Origin: an uncultured Candidatus Competibacteraceae bacterium
GTDB taxonomy: Bacteria > Pseudomonadota > Gammaproteobacteria > Competibacterales > Competibacteraceae
Direction: 5' to 3'
NCBI GenBank assembly: GCA_965652545.1
Contig: CBFGWV010000128.1
Span: forward strand, 1 to 13,127
DNA: 13,127 bases
The position numbers and the translations under genes were made by a program. How positions within the stretch are numbered: the stretch's first letter is position 1; every line of letters begins with the position of its first letter. A model generated the notes under the pieces. It was not told where the DNA came from and ran no database searches. It saw nothing but the letters and a program-made list of their open reading frames with translations. Below are positions 1 to 7,486 of the stretch, in pieces.

Positions 1-3000
1 CTAGTCCACCGGGTCCTCGGGCGAGAAGTTGCGCCGGGTTTCGGCATCCAGCCGAATATCCTTGAACGTGTCCTTGTCGAGCTGGCGCAGTGCCTTGAGC
101 ACGTTGTTGAGCGTATCCCAGATATCGTGATCCAGTCGCAGCTTGTGGCTCATGGCCCGCACGACCGGTAGCAGCGATGACTCGATGGTGTTGGCCAGGC
201 TGCCCAGCAGCAGCTCCACGCCGGGCACAGGGTGGACTTCCACCTGCGGCGGTGTCCTGGCCAGGACATCGACCGACTCCCGCAGCTGGCTGAGGATTTG
301 CTCGTCCACGGGCTTGGCGGCGGCTTTGTGGATGGCCTCGGCGATGTGGTCGACCTGGCCGCCGAGGAAGTTGAGCTGCGCAATCAACCGGCTGGTGGGG
401 TCGTCTTCGCCGCCCAGGGCCTGGCGGCGCACATAGCCTTTCTTGATCTGATCCCATCGCGCTTGCTGCTCGGGGGTGGCATTGCCGCGCAACTCGGCCA
501 GTTTGAGCAGGTTTTCTTCCGCACCGATGGTCAGGGTCTGCGCCTCGCCCACGTAGTGGTCGGTGACCAGCGCGTCCAGTTCGTCCTCGTTCATGGCCGC
601 GACGATCTTCTCCGCCAGTCGGTTCATGTTGCGGTAGGAGCCTTGCAGGCGGAACGGGGGCTCGGTGCGGTAGGCATCGTCCTGGGCGGCGGAGGCGATG
701 TACTGCTGGTTCACGGCCAGCAGCACCTGCTGCACCTTGAACAGGTGTTTGAGTACGGCGACGATCTCGTTGATCTCGGCCGTGGAGTAGTTGTGCCTCA
801 GTTCGCTGGATGCCACCTGCTCGCCGCGCGCCATGCGCACGAGCTTGTAGAAGTCGTCCATCTCGCGGGTGGCCAGCGGGGCCAGGGCGGCGTTGGAGGT
901 GAGCGTGTTCTCGATGTAGCTGAGGCGAAAGGCGTCCTCATGACCGCTGAGCACATCGCCCAGGTTGTAGACGTCGGCGCGGTTGGCCAGCATGTCAGGG
1001 ATCTTGAACGCCTCGCCGGATTCGGTGTACGGGTTGCCGGCCATGACCACGCAGAATTTCTTGCCGCGCAGGTCGTAGGTTTTCGCCCGCCCGCGCCACA
1101 CGCCCTCGATGCGTCGCTGGCCGTCGCACAGCGAGATGAACTTCTGCAACAGCTCGGGGCTCGAGTGCTGGATGTCATCCAGGATGAGCATCACGTTGTT
1201 GCCCATCTCCAGGGCGAGGTTGAGCTTCTCCAGCTCCTGGCGGGCGGCGGCGTTGGGCGCGGCAGCTGGGTCCAGCGAAGTCACCTCGTGGCCGATGGTC
1301 GGGCAGTTGACCTTCACGAACATCAGCCCCAGCCGGCTGGCGACGTACTCCATCAAGGTGGTCTTGCCGTAGCCCGGTGGGGAGATTACCAGCAGCAGGC
1401 CCATCAGGTCGGTGCGTTTGCCCGCGCCCGCGGCGCCCATCTGTTTGGCCAAGTTGTCGCCGACCAACGGCAGGTACAAGTCGTTGATCAGCTTGTTGCG
1501 TACGAAGGACGTGAGCGCTGTCGGCTTGAACTCGTGGATGCGCAGTTGCCGCTTCTCGCGCTCGATGATGGCGTGCTTGAGCGCGCGGGCTCGATGGAAG
1601 CCGGTGACCTGGACGTTGCGATGCTGCGCCAGGCGGGCGATGAACGTCGGCAGGCGCAGATGCAGGCTGCGCTCGTGGATCAGCGGATGCTGGCCCAGCA
1701 GGCCCTCGACCGTGGCGTCGACCACCGCATCGCTGATGCTGCGCTCCAGGCGCTCTCCGGTGACCAGCAGCACGGCGGCCTCGGGTATCACCGGCAGGAA
1801 CCGCGCCTGCTTGGAGGCCGAGGTCTGACGGACGAAGGCCTCCAGCCAGGCCTGGGCCAGGCGCAGGGCCTCACCGGGCAGGTCGGCCAACTCGCCCAGG
1901 CCCTTCTGGAGGGCATGGCGTTGGTTTTTGCCATCCAGGTGGTGCAGCAACTCGTCGGCGAGCTTGCGGGCCGCGCCGCTGAGCACGAAGTGCGGGTTCT
2001 CGGCCTGCAATTCCTCCGCCAGGTAACGCCCGGCCAGGGGTAGCTCGTCATCCCCAATGTCGATGCCATGGCGCTCGATGAAGCCGGCGAGCGCGGCGGT
2101 CAATTCCCGCCCCAGCGCTTCCAGGACATCGCCCTGGCCGAACACGCTCGTCAGGCGACCCAGGCTCTCGCCTTTGAGCGACCAGCGGCGGACTGAGGCG
2201 AGATCCTTGTTGCCGGCCCAGAAGAGCAGGGCGACGCTGCGCGGCAACGGGCCGTAACGCAGCAGCCCCGCGGTGTCGCGCAAGTGGATGAGTTTCTCGA
2301 GGATGCGCGCCGCGTCGTGGTCGTGCACGCCGCGCTCGTAGCCCTCGTCGTAACGGGCCTCGGCAAAGCGCTGCACCCGCTTGACCAGGCCGTCCTCTTC
2401 GAGCATGGCTTGGCGCAGGATGTCCATGCTCAGGTCGTCCTGCCCGGCTTCGGCGGCGGTCAGCACGCTGTCGGCCAGGTATTCGCCGCGGTACACGTGT
2501 GCCGTCTCCGACACCAGGGCCTGCTCCCAGAATGGGCGGGTGGCCTCCAGCTCCGGGTCGTCGATGGCCTCGAAATAGTCCGTGCCGGCAATGTGCAAGG
2601 CCAGGCCGTCGCCATGCGGCACCAGGGTGAGATCCGGCTCCTGCGTGTTGACGCTGAAGCGGTGACGGCCCAGGCGAATGAGGTTGCCGCCCTCCTCGTA
2701 GATGTCCAGCTTGTCGCGCAGGGCGCGGACCGCCTGGTCTTGGGCGGATTTGATGCGACCGGCGATATCCTCGGCGCGCACGCTTTCCTTCAGCGTGCGC
2801 AACTCCTCGACGATACCGCGCACTTTCAGCGCCATGGCGTCGGAGGCGAAAAAGCCGTTGAGTGCGTCGACCGAATCCAGTTGCTGGGCGCGGCGGGTCA
2901 GCCCTTGCAGAATGCGCTCGGCGGCCTTGGCCAGGTTCTGCGAGCGGCGTTGCTGGGCATCCAGCAACTGCTGCTTGCGGGTCTCGAATGCCTCGTAGAT

Positions 3001-5244
3001 CTCCTCCCGCTTGCCGGCCAGGTCGGCGGCAAACTGGTCGTGCTCGCCGAAACGGCCTTCCATCTCCTCCAGTTGCAGCAATAGCCGGGAGAGCTGGTCG
3101 TCGGCTTTGTCCGGTGTGTCCGCCGCGGCCAGGGCGCCGGTGACGCTTTGCCCCAGCAGGCGGAACTGGGCGCCGAACTCGGCCACGGACTCGCGCGCGC
3201 CAAGTGCTTTGCGCTTGAGGTCGGCGCCGGCCTTGGCCTGGTTGAGCCGGCCGAAGCAGTTGGAGATGCGATCGAGAATCTCGGCGCGGGCGGTTGCATC
3301 GTCCACTTGGAGCTCGTTGAGCACCTCGGTGAGCAGATTCAGCCCCTCGCCGATGGCGTCCAGCGCGCTCTGGATGGGCTTGAGATCGACCCGCCGCTCG
3401 ACTGTCTCCAGTGCCTGCGCCTGGGTGTCGATCTCGCTCAGATAGGGGGCGAGGGCAGCCTCGCCGAGCAGGAACTGCACCGTGTGTTCGCTGACGGTGC
3501 CGGTGGCCTCGATGACCTCGGCCTCCAGCGCCTCGACCTGTGCGATGTCGATATGACGCAGGTCCTTGAGCGAGATCAGCGTGCCACGCTGGCCGCGCAG
3601 GCGGGCGAGGGCCTGCACATAGCCGTCGATGCTGTCCCAATCGCCCCGCCGGGCCTGGCTGAGGATGTCGCGTTGCGCTGCCTGGGCCGCGTTGACGGCC
3701 TCCTGGGCGCGGCGGCGGATGCTCTCGACCTTCTCGAACTCATCAAGCACCTGCTCCGCGGTGGCGCGGATGGTCTTGAGGTCGTGTTCCAGCGCCTCGG
3801 CCGCTTCGCCGCCCAGCCAGTGGTAGGTGTCCAGCACCCGCGTGGCCGCCGCGATAAGGTCCTCATAGGTGCCGAGGCTGGGTCGCTGGGCCTCGATCAA
3901 CCGCGCCACCGAGTATACGTCGGAGATCGCCCGTACCAGCTCGGCATTGCCCAGCCGGGCCAGCGGCGAGCCGTCGGTGGGCTGTGCGGCGGCGTGTTCA
4001 TCACTGAAGAACGGCGTGCGCCACACCTGGAGGTTGTGCACCCGCGTGGGCTCGGCCTCGGCGCGGAACAGCACCATGTGCCCGTCGGCGAGTTGGGCGT
4101 AGCCGTTGGTCACCAGCGGGTTGGCCAACGCCTTGCGAATGAGGTTGTAGGAGAGCAGGACGAAGCGCCCGTCCACCTCGTGATAGAACACGTACAGCAC
4201 GTCCTCGCCGTTGGGCGAGCGGATCGTGCGCTTGTAGTGCATGCCGGCGACATCGGTGTCGAAGCGCTTGGTTTCGCCGGACTGGAGATAATAGCCACCC
4301 GGAAAGATGAGCCCGTGGTCCTCCGGTAACTGGATACACGCGGTGCCGATCTCGTCGATGCGGTCCACTTGGTGGGTGCGGGTGTTGAAGACAAAGTAGC
4401 GCGCCTGGCGCTCGCGGTAGGGCAGGATGCGCAGCACGATGAGCGTGCCGACCTGTGCGTACTGGATGTCGGCATCCTGCAAGGTCTGGTTACGGTCCTC
4501 CACCGGTTCGGTATACAGCCCCTCGCCGGTCTCGGTGTTGTCCTCGACCTTGATCGTCAGCGTGCCGCCCAGGCATTCGACGAAGACCGTATTGAGAATA
4601 TTGATGTGCGGGTGCTTGCCCAGGACGTGCTGTTCGCGCCCGGTGCGCTGCCATTCGAAATCGTGCGAGGCCGGCAGTACATTGTCCGCATTGCCACGGT
4701 CGTCGATGTAGCGCACGCCGCCATCGGGCGCCACCGCCCAGCGGAAGACCTTCAAATCATCGAAGGTACTGCCGGTCTGGAACACCGCCAGCAGCTTGCC
4801 GGTGATCCGCCGCAACTGCACCAGGCGGGCGTTCTTGTAGTACTTGTAGAGCTCGTGAAAGTCGCGGGTGAAGCCGGGGTCATCGAGAAAGCTGCCCTCG
4901 CGCTCCACCGCGTCGAGTTCCGGGCCAGTCTCGGTCAGGTTGAAGCGGTGCAGGGAGAAGACATCCGCGACCTGGGTTTCGGTCTTCAGGCCGATGAACA
5001 CGTTGTAGCCGAACAGCAGCAACTCGCCCACGGCGACGATATCGCGGGGCACACAGTTGTGCTCCGTGCGTACCCGCAGGCTGCCGGCCACGGCCAGCTC
5101 GGTGCTGCCGAAGGTCTCCAGGCGGCGGGCGTTGAGACGCTCGGCCTTGTGCTTCAGCCCGCTGCCCTGCGACTCGAGGCGCTTACGGATGATCTCGTAG
5201 GCGCCGCCGGCATCCAGTGTCTGATCCTGCTTCTCGTCGGCCAC
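1..5244 (-). CDS. Giant 1747-aa cytoplasmic protein translationally coupled to the flotillin gene. It has an N-terminal ~400-aa non-coiled domain, ~900 aa of coiled-coil/helical region and a C-terminal MoxR/AAA_5-like AAA+ ATPase module. Function unknown.
   Basis: A complete 5.2-kb ORF runs from a GTG start at 5244-5242 (with an AGGAG ribosome-binding site, RBS) to a TAG stop at 3-1. The first ~330 codons read by eye show strong GC3 codon bias, and the protein composition is non-degenerate. The P-loop ISPPGYGKTT sits at nt 1357-1386, and Walker B reads MLILDD at nt 1174-1191. A MoxR-like sensor-1/arginine-finger block reads VVMAGNPYTESGEAFKIPDMLANRADV. There is no signal peptide or TM segment. 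The product name is an inference from these motifs only. Confidence 0.85.
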   Translation of the reverse strand: MADEKQDQTLDAGGAYEIIRKRLESQGSGLKHKAERLNARRLETFGSTELAVAGSLRVRTEHNCVPRDIVAVGELLLFGYNVFIGLKTETQVADVFSLHRFNLTETGPELDAVEREGSFLDDPGFTRDFHELYKYYKNARLVQLRRITGKLLAVFQTGSTFDDLKVFRWAVAPDGGVRYIDDRGNADNVLPASHDFEWQRTGREQHVLGKHPHINILNTVFVECLGGTLTIKVEDNTETGEGLYTEPVEDRNQTLQDADIQYAQVGTLIVLRILPYRERQARYFVFNTRTHQVDRIDEIGTACIQLPEDHGLIFPGGYYLQSGETKRFDTDVAGMHYKRTIRSPNGEDVLYVFYHEVDGRFVLLSYNLIRKALANPLVTNGYAQLADGHMVLFRAEAEPTRVHNLQVWRTPFFSDEHAAAQPTDGSPLARLGNAELVRAISDVYSVARLIEAQRPSLGTYEDLIAAATRVLDTYHWLGGEAAEALEHDLKTIRATAEQVLDEFEKVESIRRRAQEAVNAAQAAQRDILSQARRGDWDSIDGYVQALARLRGQRGTLISLKDLRHIDIAQVEALEAEVIEATGTVSEHTVQFLLGEAALAPYLSEIDTQAQALETVERRVDLKPIQSALDAIGEGLNLLTEVLNELQVDDATARAEILDRISNCFGRLNQAKAGADLKRKALGARESVAEFGAQFRLLGQSVTGALAAADTPDKADDQLSRLLLQLEEMEGRFGEHDQFAADLAGKREEIYEAFETRKQQLLDAQQRRSQNLAKAAERILQGLTRRAQQLDSVDALNGFFASDAMALKVRGIVEELRTLKESVRAEDIAGRIKSAQDQAVRALRDKLDIYEEGGNLIRLGRHRFSVNTQEPDLTLVPHGDGLALHIAGTDYFEAIDDPELEATRPFWEQALVSETAHVYRGEYLADSVLTAAEAGQDDLSMDILRQAMLEEDGLVKRVQRFAEARYDEGYERGVHDHDAARILEKLIHLRDTAGLLRYGPLPRSVALLFWAGNKDLASVRRWSLKGESLGRLTSVFGQGDVLEALGRELTAALAGFIERHGIDIGDDELPLAGRYLAEELQAENPHFVLSGAARKLADELLHHLDGKNQRHALQKGLGELADLPGEALRLAQAWLEAFVRQTSASKQARFLPVIPEAAVLLVTGERLERSISDAVVDATVEGLLGQHPLIHERSLHLRLPTFIARLAQHRNVQVTGFHRARALKHAIIEREKRQLRIHEFKPTALTSFVRNKLINDLYLPLVGDNLAKQMGAAGAGKRTDLMGLLLVISPPGYGKTTLMEYVASRLGLMFVKVNCPTIGHEVTSLDPAAAPNAAARQELEKLNLALEMGNNVMLILDDIQHSSPELLQKFISLCDGQRRIEGVWRGRAKTYDLRGKKFCVVMAGNPYTESGEAFKIPDMLANRADVYNLGDVLSGHEDAFRLSYIENTLTSNAALAPLATREMDDFYKLVRMARGEQVASSELRHNYSTAEINEIVAVLKHLFKVQQVLLAVNQQYIASAAQDDAYRTEPPFRLQGSYRNMNRLAEKIVAAMNEDELDALVTDHYVGEAQTLTIGAEENLLKLAELRGNATPEQQARWDQIKKGYVRRQALGGEDDPTSRLIAQLNFLGGQVDHIAEAIHKAAAKPVDEQILSQLRESVDVLARTPPQVEVHPVPGVELLLGSLANTIESSLLPVVRAMSHKLRLDHDIWDTLNNVLKALRQLDKDTFKDIRLDAETRRNFSPEDPVD
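805..1500 (-). other. AAA+ ATPase module of the giant protein, MoxR/AAA_5-like (approx. aa 1250-1480)
   Basis: GPPGxGKT-type P-loop (SPPGYGKTT, Lys at nt 1363-1365). Walker B hhhhDD with the catalytic Glu replaced by Asp (nt 1174-1179). The block DDIQHSSPELLQKF parallels MoxR DEINRAPPKTQSAL. AGNP...TESGE...IPD..ANRAD parallels MoxR TQNP.EQEGTY.LPEAQLDRF. Domain boundaries are approximate. Confidence 0.6.
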
Positions 5245-5252
5245 CGCCGTTT

Positions 5253-5257
5253 CTCCT
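5253..5257 (-). promoter_or_regulatory. RBS (AGGAG) for the giant ATPase gene, overlapping the flotillin TAG stop. This indicates translational coupling.
   Basis: Minus-strand sequence reads TAG-GAG-AAACGGCG-GTG. AGGAG lies 8 nt upstream of the GTG start. The stop of the upstream gene and the start of this gene are 11 nt apart. Confidence 0.5.
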
Positions 5258-7442
5258 AGCCCAGACCGAGCTCTTTGGCTTTGGCGATGAGCCGGTTGAC
5301 CTTCTCGTTCTGGTTGGCGTCGCCATTGGCCAGCAGCTTGGCCAGTACGGCAGAGACCGTCAGGTTCTGCAGGTCGGCGCTGGAGAGCTTGGCGTTGGTC
5401 AGGATGTCCTTGATATCGGCCAGGATGTCCTTATCGCCACTGAGGTAGGGGCCGGCGACCTCTTGCACGACCTTGCTGTGGTTGACCACGGCATCCAGGG
5501 ATTTGCCGCTGGAGATGGCATTGACCATACGATCGAAGAAGGCGCCGTCGCCACCGACGATATTGATGTTGGCGCTCTTGAAGGCCTCGCCCAACACCTG
5601 GGCTTGTGCCTCGCCCAACTGGCGGTGGGCGTCCAGCGCGGACAGTTCGATCTCTTTCTGCTTCTCCAGTTGCAGGCGGAACTCCTCGTGCATCCGGCCG
5701 CCTTCATCCAGCCCGCTGATGGCCTGGAACTTCTCCTTGAGCCCTTGGCTCTCGGCCTTGTAGCGCTCGAGGATGGCGGACGCATCGGCGTGGCCACGCG
5801 CTTCGATGGCATCGGCTTCGGCACGCTGCACCTCCACCAGGGCCAGACCCTTGGCCTTCTCGCCCTCGGCGCCGGCGAGCAGGCCTTCCTTCTTGACCCG
5901 TGCCTCGGCGAAGCCTTTTTCCTGAATGACTTTGGCCTCGGCCTCCTGGACACGCACGCGGACCATGCCGCGCTCCTCTTCGCCCTTGGCCTGGGCATGC
6001 AGAGTTTCGTAAGTGACGTTGGCCTCGGCCTTGCCCTGCTTCTCGGCGGCCACGGCGAGCGCCTCTTTCACCCGCGCCTCGGCGAGGCCGGGGGCTGCGG
6101 TTTCGGCTTGGCTGCCCTCGGCCAGCACTTTCTTCGACTCGGCGAGCTTGGCGGAGGCCTCCAGTTCGGCCTCAGCCAGCGCGATACGCTTCTGCGCCTC
6201 GAAGCGGGCGGCCTTCTCGTCGGCCTCGGCGCGCTTGAGCTCCTTGACCAGGCCTTCCTCGGCCTCGGCCTCGGCGGCGGTCACCCGCACCTGCTTCTGC
6301 CGGCTGGCTTCGCTGATGGCACGGACTTCCTTGATCTTCTCTTCCTCGACCGCGACGGTCTTCTCCACCGCCACCCGCTCGCGCACCACATCGGCGATGG
6401 CTTTGCGCTCGACCTCCAGCGCCTTTTCCTTTTCGATGACCTTCAGCGCGACTTCCTTCTCACGGGCGACGATCTCGACCTGGCGGAAGCGATCGACCTC
6501 CTCTTGCTTGATGCCGAGGATCTTCAAGCGCTCCTGCTCGGTGACCTCCACCTCGCGCCGCTTGTTTTCTTCCTGGATCGCGATGTCCTGGTCGGCACGG
6601 ATGCGGGCGGTTTCCATGCGCAGGCGTTCTTCCTCGGAGACCAGCTTGGCCGCGGCCTGCTCGCGGGACTGCACGGTTTCGATTTCACGCCGCTGCTTGG
6701 CCTCGGCTTCGGCTTGCTGACGGTCGAGCGCGAGCACGGCCTCGCGCGCTTCGACATCCTGCTTGCGGATCTGCTTCTCTTCGTTGCGGCGGGCGTCATT
6801 GGCGGCCACGCGCTGGGTGGCGGTCAACTCGGTGATCTTGCGGATACCCTGGGCATCGAGGATGTTGGAGTCGTCCAACTGGGCGATGGGGGTTTGTTCC
6901 AGGTAATCGATGGCCACGTCTTCGAGGCTGTAGCCGTTGAGGTCATCGCCGACCATGCGCTTGATGGCATCGCGGAACGCATCGCGGGCCTGGTAGAGCT
7001 CCTCGAATTCCATCTGCTTGCCGACGGTCTTCAAGGCCTCAGCAAACTTGGCCGCGAAGAGGTCGTTCAGCGTCGTCTCGTCCGAGGCGCGGTTGCAGCC
7101 GATGGAGCCGGCCACCTTGCGCACCGCATCGACCGTCGGGTTGACGCGCACGAAGAAGTTCACCGAGATATCGCCGCGGATATTGTCCTTGCAGATCAGT
7201 CCGTCCTTACCGCGACGGTCGATCACCAGGCGCTTGACCGAGATGTCCATGATCTCGGCCTTGTGGATCACCGGTATGACGATTCGCCCGGTAAACGTGA
7301 CCACCGGCTCGGCCTTCATGGTGTTGACGATCAAGGCGGTGCCTTGTTCGACCTTGCGGAAGAACTTGGCGATCATGACCAGTACACCGATAAACAGGAC
7401 GAATGCAATAACCGCAATCAGCAATATCAATTCCACATTCAT
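5256..7442 (-). CDS. yqiK: Flotillin-like SPFH/band-7 protein of the YqiK family, 728 aa, with an extended C-terminal Glu/Ala-rich coiled-coil region
   Basis: N-terminal TM helix LILLIAVIAFVLFIGVLVMIAKFF is followed by an SPFH-like region (TFTGRIVIPVIHKAEIMDISVKRLVIDRRGKDGLICKDNIRGDISVNFFVRV...). A long EA/KQ-rich coiled coil of ~450 aa then follows. It sits directly downstream of an NfeD-like gene, as in E. coli yqiJK. The start is placed at the ATG at 7442-7440 because it has a strong RBS GAGGGAGG (7448-7455) with a 5-nt spacer. The ORF-track start at 7460 is a TTG with no RBS. Orthology to yqiK is not verified. Confidence 0.9.
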   Translation of the reverse strand: MNVELILLIAVIAFVLFIGVLVMIAKFFRKVEQGTALIVNTMKAEPVVTFTGRIVIPVIHKAEIMDISVKRLVIDRRGKDGLICKDNIRGDISVNFFVRVNPTVDAVRKVAGSIGCNRASDETTLNDLFAAKFAEALKTVGKQMEFEELYQARDAFRDAIKRMVGDDLNGYSLEDVAIDYLEQTPIAQLDDSNILDAQGIRKITELTATQRVAANDARRNEEKQIRKQDVEAREAVLALDRQQAEAEAKQRREIETVQSREQAAAKLVSEEERLRMETARIRADQDIAIQEENKRREVEVTEQERLKILGIKQEEVDRFRQVEIVAREKEVALKVIEKEKALEVERKAIADVVRERVAVEKTVAVEEEKIKEVRAISEASRQKQVRVTAAEAEAEEGLVKELKRAEADEKAARFEAQKRIALAEAELEASAKLAESKKVLAEGSQAETAAPGLAEARVKEALAVAAEKQGKAEANVTYETLHAQAKGEEERGMVRVRVQEAEAKVIQEKGFAEARVKKEGLLAGAEGEKAKGLALVEVQRAEADAIEARGHADASAILERYKAESQGLKEKFQAISGLDEGGRMHEEFRLQLEKQKEIELSALDAHRQLGEAQAQVLGEAFKSANINIVGGDGAFFDRMVNAISSGKSLDAVVNHSKVVQEVAGPYLSGDKDILADIKDILTNAKLSSADLQNLTVSAVLAKLLANGDANQNEKVNRLIAKAKELGLG

Positions 7443-7447
7443 GACGA

Positions 7448-7455
7448 CCTCCCTC
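7448..7455 (-). promoter_or_regulatory. RBS (GAGGGAGG) for the flotillin gene
   Basis: Minus-strand sequence reads GAGGGAGG-TCGTC-ATG. There is a 44-nt gap to the stop of the upstream NfeD-like gene, so the two genes are co-transcribed. Confidence 0.55.
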
Positions 7456-7486
7456 GACAAAAAGAATTTATTGAATCCGGTTGCGC

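Noticed and set aside
232-2043. 603-aa plus-strand ORF, plus other plus-strand ORFs at 143..436, 1109..1372, 1412..1828, 2284..3084 and 3148..4329
   Set aside because: They are entirely antisense to the giant minus-strand gene, which has recognisable Walker A/B motifs and strong GC3 bias. Their translations are Gly/Leu/Val/Asp/Arg-rich low-complexity sequence typical of the reverse strand of high-GC coding DNA, and none has an RBS.
2048-3640. 530-aa minus-strand ORF in a different frame from the giant gene, and similar ORFs at 2898..3299, 3576..3866 and 4001..4475
   Set aside because: They are off-frame overlaps inside the 1747-aa ORF. Their translation is extreme Arg/Pro/Gly/Ala low-complexity sequence (RGAGGRGHRGHRHRQR...), the hallmark of a +1/+2 frame in high-GC genes.
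5700-6800. Apparent DNA-level repetitiveness (recurring gcctcggc / gaggcc / cgcttc units) in the flotillin gene, considered as a tandem repeat or CRISPR-like array
   Set aside because: It is irregular, in frame, and explained by Glu/Ala/Lys-rich coiled-coil codon usage. There are no fixed-length repeats or spacers.
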